DNA of 64,000 nt from contig OZ024743.1 of assembly GCA_964016885.1 (NCBI GenBank), forward strand, positions 321,470,001 through 321,534,000, read 5' to 3'. The stretch's first letter is position 1. Each line of letters begins with the position of its first letter. Under the pieces are notes generated by a model. That model searched no databases, was not told the DNA's origin, and saw only the letters and a list, made by a program, of their open reading frames with translations. The stretch is from Eledone cirrhosa. Its lineage: Eukaryota. Positions 15,901 through 28,938 of this stretch are shown here, piece after piece. Position numbers and translations under genes: made by a program.

Positions 15901-15980
15901 GTGGAGCAACACAGCAACATTGTGCTGAAGTGAGGTCACACAGCAACATTGTGCTGAAGTGGAGCCACACAGCAACATTG
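12700..15980. repeat. Slightly diverged third copy of the ~3.05-kb unit at ~2.6-5.8 kb and ~7.6-10.8 kb
   Basis: ORFs 13167, 13599 and 13763 match 3030, 3462 and 3626 (offset 10137). Private variants include GGACTCATAC (~13121) and TGCTGGGGTA (~14591), plus single-monomer gains and losses. Confidence 0.8.
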
Positions 15981-18900
15981 TGTTGAAGTGGAGTCACACA
16001 GCCACAGTGTGTTGAAGTGGACCCACACAGCAACATTGTGTTGAAGTGGAGCCACACAGCAACATTGTGTTGAAGTGGAGCCACACAACAACATTGTGTT
16101 GAAGTGGAGCCACACAGCAACATTGTGTTGAAGTGGAGCCACACAGCAACATTGTGCTGAAGTGGAGTCACACAGCAACATTGTGTTGAAGCGGAGCCAC
16201 ACAGCAAATTGTGCTGAAGTGGGCCCACATAGCAACATTGTGTTGAAGTGGTCCCACACAGCAACATTGTGCTGAAGTAGAGCCACACAGCAACATTGTG
16301 TTGAAGTGGAGCCACACAGCAACTTTGTGTTGAAGTGGAACCACACAGCAACATTGTGCTGAAGTGGAGCCACCCAGCAACATTGTGCTGAAGTGGAGCG
16401 ACACAGCAACATTGTGCTGAAGTGAGGTCACACAGCAACATTGTGCTGAAGTGGAGCCACACAGCAACATTGTGTTGAAGTGGAGCCACACATCTACATT
16501 GTGTTGAAGTGGAGCCACACAGCAATATTGTGTTGAAGTGGAGCCACACAGCAACATTGTGCTGAAGTGGAGCCACACAGCAACATTGTGTTGAAGTGTA
16601 GCCACACAGTAACATTGTGTTGAAGAGGAGCCACACAGCAACATTGTGCTGAAGTAGAGTCACACAGCAACATTGCGCTGAAGCAGAGTCACACAGCAAC
16701 ATTGTGCTGAAGTGGAGCCACGCAGCAACATTGTGCTGAAATGGAGCCACAAAGCAACATTGTGTTGAAGTGACGCCACACAGCAACATTGTGCTGCAGT
16801 GGAGCCACACAGCAACATTGTGCTGAAATGGACCAACACAGCAACATTGTGCTGAAGTGGAGCCACACACCAACATTGTGTTGAAGTGCAGACACACAGC
16901 AACGTTGTGTGGAAGTGGAGCCACACAGCAACATTGTGTTGATGAGGATCCACGCAGCAACATTGTGCTGAAGTGGAGCCACACAGCAACATTGTGCTGA
17001 AGTAGAGCCACACAGCCACATTGTGTTGAAGTGGAGCCACATAGTAACATTGCTATAAGTAGAGCCACACAGCAACATTGTGCTGAAGTGGAGCCACGCA
17101 GCAACATTGTGCTGAAGTGGAGCCACACAGCAACATTGTGCTGAAGTGGAGTCCAATAGCAACATTGTGTTGAAGTGAGGCCACACATCAACATTTGTTG
17201 AAGTGGAGCCACACAGCAACATTGAGTTGAAGTGGAGCCACACAGCAACAATGTGCTGAAATTGAGCCACGTAGCAACATCGTGTTGAAGTGGAGCCACA
17301 CAGCAACATTGGGTTGAAGTGGAGCCACACAGCAACATTGTGCTGAAGTGAGGTCACACAGCAACATTGTGCTGAAGTAGAGCCACACAGCAACATTGTG
17401 TTGAAGTGGAACCACACAGCAACATTGTGCTGAAGTGGAGCCACCCAGCAACATTGTGCTGAAGTGGAGCCACACAGCAACATGGTGTTGAAGTGGTGCC
17501 ACCCGGCAACATTGTGCTGAAGTGGTGCCACACAGCAACATTGTGCTGAAGTGGAGTCAAATAGCAACATTGTGTTGAAGTGAGGTCACACAGCAACATT
17601 GTATTGAAGTGGAGCCACACAGCAACATTGTGCTGAAGTGGAGCCACACAACAACATTGTGTTGAAGTGGATCCACACAGCAACATTGAGTTGAAGTGGA
17701 GCAACACAGCAACATTGTGCTGAAGTGAGGTCACACAGCAACATTGTGCTGAAGTGGAGCCACACAGCAACATTGTGTTGAAGTGGAGCCACACAGCCAC
17801 AGTGTGTTGAAGTGGACCCACACAGCAACATTGTGTTGAAGTGGAGACACACAGCAACATTGTGTTGAAGTGGAGCCACACAACAACATTGTGTTGAAGT
17901 GGAGCCACACAGCAACATTGGTTTGAAGTGGAGCCACACAGCAACATTGTGCTGAAGTGGAGCCACACAGCAACATTGTGCTGAAGTTGATCCACACAGC
18001 AACATTGTGCTGAAGTGGAGACACACAGCAACATTGTGTTGAAGTGGAGCCACACAGCAACATGGTGTTGAAGTGGTGCCACCCAGCAACATTGTGCTGA
18101 AGTGGAGTCAAATAGCAACATTGTGTTGAAGTGAGGCCACACAGCAACATTGTGCTGAAGTGGAGCCACACAGCAACATTGTGTTGAAGTGGAGCCACAC
18201 AGTAACATTGTGTTGAAGAGGAGCCACACAGCAACATTGTGCTGAAGTAGAGCCACGCAGCAACATTGCGCTGAAGTAGAGCCACACAGCAACATTGTGC
18301 TGAAGTGGAGCCACGCAGCAACATTGTGCTGAAGTGGAGCCACAAAGCAACATTGTGTTGAAGTGGAGCCACACAGCAACATTGTGCTGAAGTGGAGCCA
18401 CACAGCAACATTGTGCTGAAATGGACCAACACAGCAACATTGTGCTGAAGTGGAGCCAAACACCAACATTGTGTTGAAGTGCAGACACACAGCAACATTG
18501 TGTGGAAGTGGAGCGACACAGCAACATTGTGTTGAAGAGGAGCCACACAGCAACATTGTGCTGAAGTAGAGCCACACAGCAACATTGCGCTGAAATAGAG
18601 CCACACAGCAACATTGTGCTGAAGTAGAGCCACACAGCAACATTGTGCTGAAGTAGAGCCACACAGCAACATTGTGTTGAAGTGGAGCCACACAGCAACA
18701 TTGTGCTGAAGTGGAGCCACACAGCCACATTGTGTTGAAGTGGAGCCACATAGTAACATTGTGTTGAAGTAGAGCCACACAGCAACATTGTGCTGAAGTG
18801 GAGCCACGCAGCAACATTGTGCTGAAGTGGAGCCAAACAGCAACATTGTGTTGAAGTGGAGCCACACAGTACCATTGTGCTGAAGTGGAGTCAAATAGCA

Positions 18901-21900
18901 ACATTGTGTTGAAGTGAGGCCACACATCAACATTTGTTGAAGTGGAGCCACACAGCAACATTGAGTTGAAGTGGAGCCACACAGCAACATTGGGTTGAAG
19001 TGGAGCCACACAGCAACATTGTGCTGAAGTGAGGTCACACAGCAACATTGTGCTGAAGTAGAGCCACACAGCAACATTGTGTTGAAGTGGAACCACACAG
19101 CAACATTGTGCTGAAGTGGAGCCACCCAGCAACATTGTGCTGAAGTGGAGCGACACAGCAACATTGTGCTGAAGTGGAGCCACACAGCAACATTGTGTTG
19201 AAGTGGAGCCACACAGTAACATTGTGTTGAAGAGGAGCCACACAGCAACATTGTGCTGAAGTAGAGCCACACAGCAACATTGCGCTGAAGTAGACCCACA
19301 CAGCAACATTGTGCTGAAGTGGAGCCACGCAGCAACATTGTGCTGAAGTGGAGCCACAAAGCAACATTGTGTTGAAGTGGAGCCACACAGCAACATTGTG
19401 CTGAAGTGGAGCCACACAGCAACATTGTGCTGAAATGGACTAACACAGCAACATTGTGCTGAAGTGGAGCCACACACCAACATTGTGTTGAAGTGCAGAC
19501 ACACAGCAACATTGTGTGGAAGTGGAGCCACACAGCAACATTGTGTTGAAGAGGAGCCACACAGCAACATTGTGCTGAAGTAGAGCCACACAGCAACATT
19601 GCGCTGAAGTAGAGCCACACAGCAACATTGTGCTGAAGTAGAGCCACACAGCAACATTGTGCTGAAGTGGAGCCACACAGCAACATTGTGCTGAAGTGGA
19701 ACCACACAGCCACATTGTGTTGAAGTGGAGCCACATAGTAACATTGTGTTGAAGTAGAGCCACACAGCAACATTGTGCTGAAGTGGAGCCACGCAGCAAC
19801 ATTGTGCTGAAGTGGAGCCACACAGCAACATTGTGCTGAAGTGGAGTCAAATAGCAACATTGTGTTGAAGTGAGGCCACACATCAACATTTGTTGAAGTG
19901 GAGCCACACAGCAACATTGTGCTGAAATTGAACCACGTAGCAACATCGTGTTGAAGTGGAGCCACACAGCAACATTGGGTTGAAGTGGATCCACACAGCA
20001 ACATTGTGCTGAAGTGAGGTCACACAGCAACATTGTGCTGAAGTAGAGCCAAACAGCAACATTGTGTTGAAGTGGAACCACACAGCAACATTGTGCTGAA
20101 GTGGAGCCACCCAGCAACATTGTGCTGAAGTGGGCGACACAGCAACATTGTGCTGAAGTGGAGCCACACAGCAACATTGTGCTGAAGTGGATCCACACAA
20201 CAACATTGTGCTGAAGTGGAGCCACACAGCAACATGGTTTTGAAGTGGTGCCACCCGGCAACATTGTGCTGAAGTGGTGCCACACAGCAACATTGTGCTG
20301 AAGTGGTGCCACACAGCAACATTGTGCTGAAGTGGAGTCAAATAGCAACATTGTGTTGAAGTGATGTCACACAGCAACATTGTGTTGAAGTGGAGCCACA
20401 CCGCAGCATTGAGTTGAAGTGGAGCCACACAGCAACATTGTGCTGAAGTGGAGCCACACAACAACATTGTGTTGAAGTGGAGCCACACAGCAACATTGAG
20501 TTGAAGTGGAGCAACACAGCAACATTGTGCTGAAGTGAGGTCACACAGCAACATTGTGCTGAAGTGGAGCCACACAGCAACATTGTGTTGAAGTGGAGCC
20601 ACACAGCCACAGTGTGTTGCAGTGGAGCCACACAGCAACATTGTGTTGAAGTGGAGCCACACAGCAACATTGTGTTGAAGTGGAGCCACACAACAACATT
20701 GTGTTGAAGTGGAGCCACACAGCAACATTGTGTTGAAGTGGAGCCACACAGCAACATTGTGCTGAAGTGGAGCCACACAGCAACATTGTGCTGAAGTTGA
20801 TCCATACAGCAACATTGTGCTGAAGTGGAGACACACAGCAACATTGTGTTCAAGTGGAGCCACACAGCAACATGGTGTTGAAGTGGTGCCACCCAGCAAC
20901 ATTGTGTTGAAGTGGAGCCACACAGTAACATTGTGCTGAAGTGGAGCCACACAGCAACATTGTGCTGAAATGGACCAACACAGCAACATTGTGCTGAAGT
21001 GGAGCCACACACCAACATTGTGTTGAAGTGCAGACACACAGCAACATTGTGTGGAAGTGGAGCGACACAGCAACATTGTGTTGAAGAGGAGCCACACAGC
21101 AACATTGTGCTGAAGTAGAGCCACACAGCAACATTGCGCTGAAGTAGAGCCATACAGCAACATTGTGCTGAAGTAGAGCCACACAGCAACATTGCGCTGA
21201 AGTAGAGCCACACAGCAACATTGTGCTGAAGTGGAGCCACACAGCCACATTGTGTTGAAGTGGAGCCACATAGTAACATTGTGTTGAAGTAGAGCCACAC
21301 AGCAACATTGTGCTGAAGTGGAGCCACGCAGCAACATTGTGTTGAAGTGAGGCCACACATCAACATTTGTTGAAGTGGAGCCACACAGCAACATTGAGTT
21401 GAAGTGGACCCACACAGCAACATTGTGCTGAAATTGAGCCACGTAGCAACATCGTGTTGAAGTGGAGCCACACAGCAACATTGGGTTGAAGTGGAGCCAC
21501 ACAGCAACATTGTGCTGGAGTAGAGCCACACAGCAACATTGTGTTGAAGTGGAACCACACAGCAACATTGTGCTGAAGTGGAGCCACCCAGCAACGTTGT
21601 GCTGAAGTGGGCGACACAGCAACATTGTGCTGAAGTGGAGCCACACAGCAACATTGTGCTGAAATGGATCCACACAACAACATTGTGCTGAAGTGGAGAC
21701 ACACATCAACATTGTGTTGAAGTGGAGCCACACAGCAACATGGTGTTGAAGTGGTGCCACCCGGCAACATTGTGCTGAAGTGGTGCCACACAGCAACATT
21801 GTGCTGAAGTGGAGTCAAATAGCAACATTGTGTTGAAGTGAGGTCACACAGCAACATTGTGTTGAAGTGGAGCCACACAGCAACATTGTGCTGAAGTGGG

Positions 21901-22363
21901 CCCACACAGCAACATTGTGTTGAAGTGGAGCCACACAGCAACATTGTGCTGAAGTAGAGCCACACAGCAACATTGTGTTGAAGTGGAGCCACACAGCAAC
22001 TTTGTGTTGAAGTGGAACCACACAGCAACATTGTGCTGAAGTGGAGCCACCCAGCAACATTGTGCTGAAGTGGAGCGACACAGCAACATTGTGCTGAAGT
22101 GAGGTCACACAGCAACATTGTGCTGAAGTGGAGCCACACAGCAACATTGTGTTGAAGTGGAGCCACACAGCCACATTGTGTTGAAGTGGAGCCACACAGC
22201 AACATTGTGTTGAAGTGGAGCCACACAGCAACATTGTGCTGAAGTGGAGCCACACAGCAACATTGTGTTGAAGTGGAGCCACACAGTAACATTGTGTTGA
22301 AGAGGAGCCACACAGCAACATTGTGCTGAAGTAGAGCCACACATCAACATTGCGCTGAAGTAG

Positions 22364-25300
22364 AGCCACACAACAACATTGTGTTGAAGTGGAGCCACAC
22401 AGCAACATCGTGTTGAAGTGGAGCCACACAACAACATTGTGCTGAAGTGGAGTCACACAGCAACATTGTGTTGAAGCGGAGCCACACAGCAACATTGTGC
22501 TGAAGTGGGCCCACACAGCAACATTGTGTTGAAGTGGAGCCACACAGCAACATTGTGCTGAAGTGGAGCCACGCAGCAACAATGTGCTGAAGTGGAGCCA
22601 CAAAGCAACATTGTGTTGAAGTGGAGCCACACAGCAACATTGTGCTGAAGTGGAGCCACACAGCAACATTGTGCTGAAATGGACCAACATAGCAACATTG
22701 TGCTGAAGTGGAGCCACACACCAACATTGTGCTGAAGTGGAGCCACACAGCAACATTGTGTTGAAGTGGAGCCACATAGTAACATTGTGTTGAAGTAGAG
22801 CCACACAGCAACATTGTGCTGAAGTGGAGCCACGCAGCAACATTGTGCTGAAGTGGAGCCACACAGCAACATTGTGCTGAAGTGGAGTCAAATAGCAACA
22901 TTGTGTTGAAGTGAGGCCACACATCAACATTTGTTGAAGTGGAGCCACACAGCAACATTGAGTTGAAGTGGAGCCACACAGCTACATTGTGCTGAAATTG
23001 AGCCACGTAGCAACATCGTGTTGAAGTGGAGCCACACAGCAACATTGGGTTGAAGTGGAGCCACACAGCAACATTGTGCTGAAGTGAGGTCACACAGCAA
23101 CATTGTGCTGAAGTAGAGCCACACAGCAACATTGTGTTGAAGTGGAACCACACAGCAACATTGTGCTGAAGTGGAGCCACCCAGCAACATTGTGCTGGAG
23201 TGGGCGACACAGCAACATTGTGCTGAAGTGGAGCCACACAGCAACATTGTGCTGAAGTGGAGACACACATCAACATTGTGTTGAAGTGGAGCCACACAGC
23301 AACATGGTGTTGAAGTGGTGCCACCCGGCAACATTGTGCTGAAGTGGTGCCACACAGCAACATTGTGCTGAAGTGGAGTCAAATATCAACATTGTGTTGA
23401 AGTGAGGTCACACAGCAACATTGTGTTGAAGTGGAGCCACACAGCAACATTGAGTTGAAGTGGAGCCACACAGCAACATTGTGCTGAAGTGGAGCCACAC
23501 AAAAACATTGTGTTGAAGTGGATCCACACAGCAACATTGAGTTGAAGTGGAGCAACACAGCAACATTGTGCTGAAGTGGAGCGACACAGCAACATTGTGC
23601 TGAAGTGGAGCCACACAGCAACATTGTGCTGAAGTGGAGCCACACAGCAACATTGTGCTGAAGTGGGCCCACATAGCAACATTGTGTTGAAGTGGTCCCA
23701 CACAGCAACATTGTGCTGAAGTAGAGCCACACAGCAACATTGTGTTGAAGTGGAGCCACACAGCAACTTTGTGTTGAAGTGGAACCACACAGCAACATTG
23801 TGCTGAAGTGGAGCCACCCAGCAACATTGTGCTGAAGTGGAGCGACACAGCAACATTGTGCTGAAGTGGAGCCACACAGCAACATTGTGCTGAAGTTGAT
23901 CCACACAGCAACATTGTGCTGAAGTGGAGACACACAGCAACATTGTGTTGAAGTGGAGCCACCCAGCAACATTGTGCTGAAGTGGAGTCAAATAGCAACG
24001 TTGTGTTGAAGTGAGGCCACACAGCATCATTGTGTTGAAGTGGAGCCACACAACAACATTGAGTTGAAGTGGAGCCACACAGCAACATTGTGCTGAAGTG
24101 GAGCCACACAACAACATTGTGTTGAAGTGGATCCACACAGCAACATTGAGTTGAAGTGGAGCAACACAGCAACATTGTGCTGAAGTGAGGTCATACAGCA
24201 ACATTGTGCTGAAGTGGAGCCACACAGCAACATTGTGTTGAAGTGGAGCCACACAGCAACATTGTGTTGAAGTGGAGCCACACAGCAACATTGTGTTGAA
24301 GTGGAGCCACACAGCAACATTGTGCTGAAGTGGAGCCACACAGCAACATTGTGCTGAAGTGGAGCCACACAGCAACATTGTGCTGAAATGGACCAACACA
24401 GCAACATTGTGCTGAAGTGGAGCCACACACCAACATTGTGTTGAAGTGCAGACACACAGCAACATTGTGTGGAAGTGGAGCCATACAGCAACATTGTGTT
24501 GAAGAGGAGCCACACAGCAACATTGTGCTGATGTAGAGCCACACAGCAACATTGCGCTGAAGTAGAGCCACACAGCAACATTGTGCTGAAGTAGAGCCAC
24601 ACAGCAACATTGTGCTGAAGTAGAGCCACACAGCAACATTGTGTTGAAGTGGAGCCACACAGCAACATTGTGCTGAAGTGGAGTCACACAGCAACATTGT
24701 GTTGAAGTGGAGCCACACAGCAACATTGTGTTGAAGTGGGGCCACATAGCAACATCGTGTTGAAGTGGAGCCACACAGCAACATTGTGTTGAAGTGGAGC
24801 CACACAGCCACATTGTGTTGAAGTAGAGCCACATAGCAACATTGTGTTGAAGTAGAACCACACAGCAACATTGTGCTGAAGTGGAGCCACGCAGCAACAT
24901 TGTGCTGAAGTGGAGTCACACTGCAACATTGTGTTGAAGTGGAGCCACACAGCAACATTGTGCTGTAGTCGACCCACACAGCAACATTGTGCTGAAATGA
25001 AGCCACACAGCAACATTGTGCTGAAGTGGAGCCATACACCAACATTGTGTTGAAGTGCAGACAAACAGCAACATTGTGTTGAAGTGGAGCCACACAGCAA
25101 CATTGTGTTGAAGAGGAGCCACACAACAACATTGTGCTGAAGTAGAGCCACACAGGAAAATTGTGCTGAAGAAGAGCCAAACAGCAACATTGTGCTGAAG
25201 TAGAGCCACACAGCAACATTGTGCTGAAGTAGAGCCACACAGCAACATTGTGTTGAAGTGGATCCACACAGCAACATTGTGCTGAAGTGGAGTCACACAG

Positions 25301-28300
25301 CAACATTGTGTTGAATTGGAGCCACACAGCAACATCGTGCTGAAGTGGGCCCACATAGCAACTTTGTGTTGAAGTGGAGCCACACAGCAACATTGTGTTG
25401 AAGTGGAACCACACGGCAACATCGTGCTGAAGTGGAGCCACCCAGCAACATGGTGCTGAAGTGGAGCGACGCAGCAACATTGTGCTGAAGTGGAGCCACA
25501 CAGCAACATTGTGTTGAAGTGGAGCCACACAGCAACATTGTGCTGAAGTGGATCCACACAGCAACATTGTGCTGAAGTGGAGCCACACAGCAACATTGTG
25601 CTGAAGTGGAGCCACACAGCCACATTGTGTTGAAGTGGAGCCACACAGCAACATTGTGTTGAAGTGGAGCCACACAGCAACATTGTGCTGAAGTGGAGCC
25701 ACACAACAACATTGTGTTGAAGTGGAGCCACACAGCAACATCGTGTTGAAGTGGAGCCACACAACAACATTGTGCTGAAGTGGAGTCACACAGCAACATT
25801 GTGTTGAAGCGGAGCCACACAGCAACATTGTGCTGAAGTGGGCCCACACAGCAACATTGTGTTGAAGTGGAGCCACACAGCAACATTGTGCTGAAGTGGA
25901 GCCACGCAGCAACAATGTGCTGAAGTGGAGCCACAAAGCAACATTGTGTTGAAGTGGAGCCACACAGCAACATTGTGCTGAAGTGGAGCCACACAGCAAC
26001 ATTGTGCTGAAATGGACCAACATAGCAACATTGTGCTGAAGTGGAGCCACACACCAACATTGTGCTGAAGTGGAGCCACACAGCAACATTGTGTTGAAGT
26101 GGAGCCACATAGTAACATTGTGTTGAAGTAGAGCCACACAGCAACATTGTGCTGAAGTGGAGCCACGCAGCAACATTGTGCTGAAGTGGAGCCACACAGC
26201 AACATTGTGCTGAAGTGGAGTCAAATAGCAACATTGTGTTGAAGTGAGGCCACACATCAACATTTGTTGAAGTGGAGCCACACAGCAACATTGAGTTGAA
26301 GTGGAGCCACACAGCTACATTGTGCTGAAATTGAGCCACGTAGCAACATCGTGTTGAAGTGGAGCCACACAGCAACATTGGGTTGAAGTGGAGCCACACA
26401 GCAACATTGTGCTGAAGTGAGGTCACACAGCAACATTGTGCTGAAGTAGAGCCACACAGCAACATTGTGTTGAAGTGGAACCACACAGCAACATTGTGCT
26501 GAAGTGGAGCCACCCAGCAACATTGTGCTGGAGTGGGCGACACAGCAACATTGTGCTGAAGTGGAGCCACACAGCAACATTGTGCTGAAGTGGAGACACA
26601 CATCAACATTGTGTTGAAGTGGAGCCACACAGCAACATGGTGTTGAAGTGGTGCCACCCGGCAACATTGTGCTGAAGTGGTGCCACACAGCAACATTGTG
26701 CTGAAGTGGAGTCAAATATCAACATTGTGTTGAAGTGAGGTCACACAGCAACATTGTGTTGAAGTGGAGCCACACAGCAACATTGAGTTGAAGTGGAGCC
26801 ACACAGCAACATTGTGCTGAAGTGGAGCCACACAAAAACATTGTGTTGAAGTGGATCCACACAGCAACATTGAGTTGAAGTGGAGCAACACAGCAACATT
26901 GTGCTGAAGTGGAGCGACACAGCAACATTGTGCTGAAGTGGAGCCACACAGCAACATTGTGCTGAAGTGGAGCCACACAGCAACATTGTGCTGAAGTGGG
27001 CCCACATAGCAACATTGTGTTGAAGTGGTCCCACACAGCAACATTGTGCTGAAGTAGAGCCACACAGCAACATTGTGTTGAAGTGGAGCCACACAGCAAC
27101 TTTGTGTTGAAGTGGAACCACACAGCAACATTGTGCTGAAGTGGAGCCACCCAGCAACATTGTGCTGAAGTGGAGCGACACAGCAACATTGTGCTGAAGT
27201 GGAGCCACACAGCAACATTGTGCTGAAGTTGATCCACACAGCAACATTGTGCTGAAGTGGAGACACACAGCAACATTGTGTTGAAGTGGAGCCACCCAGC
27301 AACATTGTGCTGAAGTGGAGTCAAATAGCAACGTTGTGTTGAAGTGAGGCCACACAGCATCATTGTGTTGAAGTGGAGCCACACAACAACATTGAGTTGA
27401 AGTGGAGCCACACAGCAACATTGTGCTGAAGTGGAGCCACACAACAACATTGTGTTGAAGTGGATCCACACAGCAACATTGAGTTGAAGTGGAGCAACAC
27501 AGCAACATTGTGCTGAAGTGAGGTCATACAGCAACATTGTGCTGAAGTGGAGCCACACAGCAACATTGTGTTGAAGTGGAGCCACACAGCAACATTGTGT
27601 TGAAGTGGAGCCACACAGCAACATTGTGTTGAAGTGGAGCCACACAGCAACATTGTGCTGAAGTGGAGCCACACAGCAACATTGTGCTGAAGTGGAGCCA
27701 CACAGCAACATTGTGCTGAAATGGACCAACACAGCAACATTGTGCTGAAGTGGAGCCACACACCAACATTGTGTTGAAGTGCAGACACACAGCAACATTG
27801 TGTGGAAGTGGAGCCATACAGCAACATTGTGTTGAAGAGGAGCCACACAGCAACATTGTGCTGATGTAGAGCCACACAGCAACATTGCGCTGAAGTAGAG
27901 CCACACAGCAACATTGTGCTGAAGTAGAGCCACACAGCAACATTGTGCTGAAGTAGAGCCACACAGCAACATTGTGTTGAAGTGGAGCCACACAGCAACA
28001 TTGTGCTGAAGTGGAGTCACACAGCAACATTGTGTTGAAGTGGAGCCACACAGCAACATTGTGTTGAAGTGGGGCCACATAGCAACATCGTGTTGAAGTG
28101 GAGCCACACAGCAACATTGTGTTGAAGTGGAGCCACACAGCCACATTGTGTTGAAGTAGAGCCACATAGCAACATTGTGTTGAAGTAGAACCACACAGCA
28201 ACATTGTGCTGAAGTGGAGCCACGCAGCAACATTGTGCTGAAGTGGAGTCACACTGCAACATTGTGTTGAAGTGGAGCCACACAGCAACATTGTGCTGTA

Positions 28301-28938
28301 GTCGACCCACACAGCAACATTGTGCTGAAATGAAGCCACACAGCAACATTGTGCTGAAGTGGAGCCATACACCAACATTGTGTTGAAGTGCAGACAAACA
28401 GCAACATTGTGTTGAAGTGGAGCCACACAGCAACATTGTGTTGAAGAGGAGCCACACAACAACATTGTGCTGAAGTAGAGCCACACAGGAAAATTGTGCT
28501 GAAGAAGAGCCAAACAGCAACATTGTGCTGAAGTAGAGCCACACAGCAACATTGTGCTGAAGTAGAGCCACACAGCAACATTGTGTTGAAGTGGATCCAC
28601 ACAGCAACATTGTGCTGAAGTGGAGTCACACAGCAACATTGTGTTGAATTGGAGCCACACAGCAACATCGTGCTGAAGTGGGCCCACATAGCAACTTTGT
28701 GTTGAAGTGGAGCCACACAGCAACATTGTGTTGAAGTGGAACCACACGGCAACATCGTGCTGAAGTGGAGCCACCCAGCAACATGGTGCTGAAGTGGAGC
28801 GACGCAGCAACATTGTGCTGAAGTGGAGCCACACAGCAACATTGTGTTGAAGTGGAGCCACACAGCAACATTGTGCTGAAGTGGATCCACACAGCAACAT
28901 TGTGCTGAAGTGGAGCCACACAGCAACATTGTGCTGAA
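22364..28938. repeat. 3333-bp tandem duplication (115 monomers, net -2 bp)
   Basis: Identical ORFs at +3333 (22453/25786, 22924/26257, 23386/26719, 24027/27360, 24684/28017). Confidence 0.9.
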
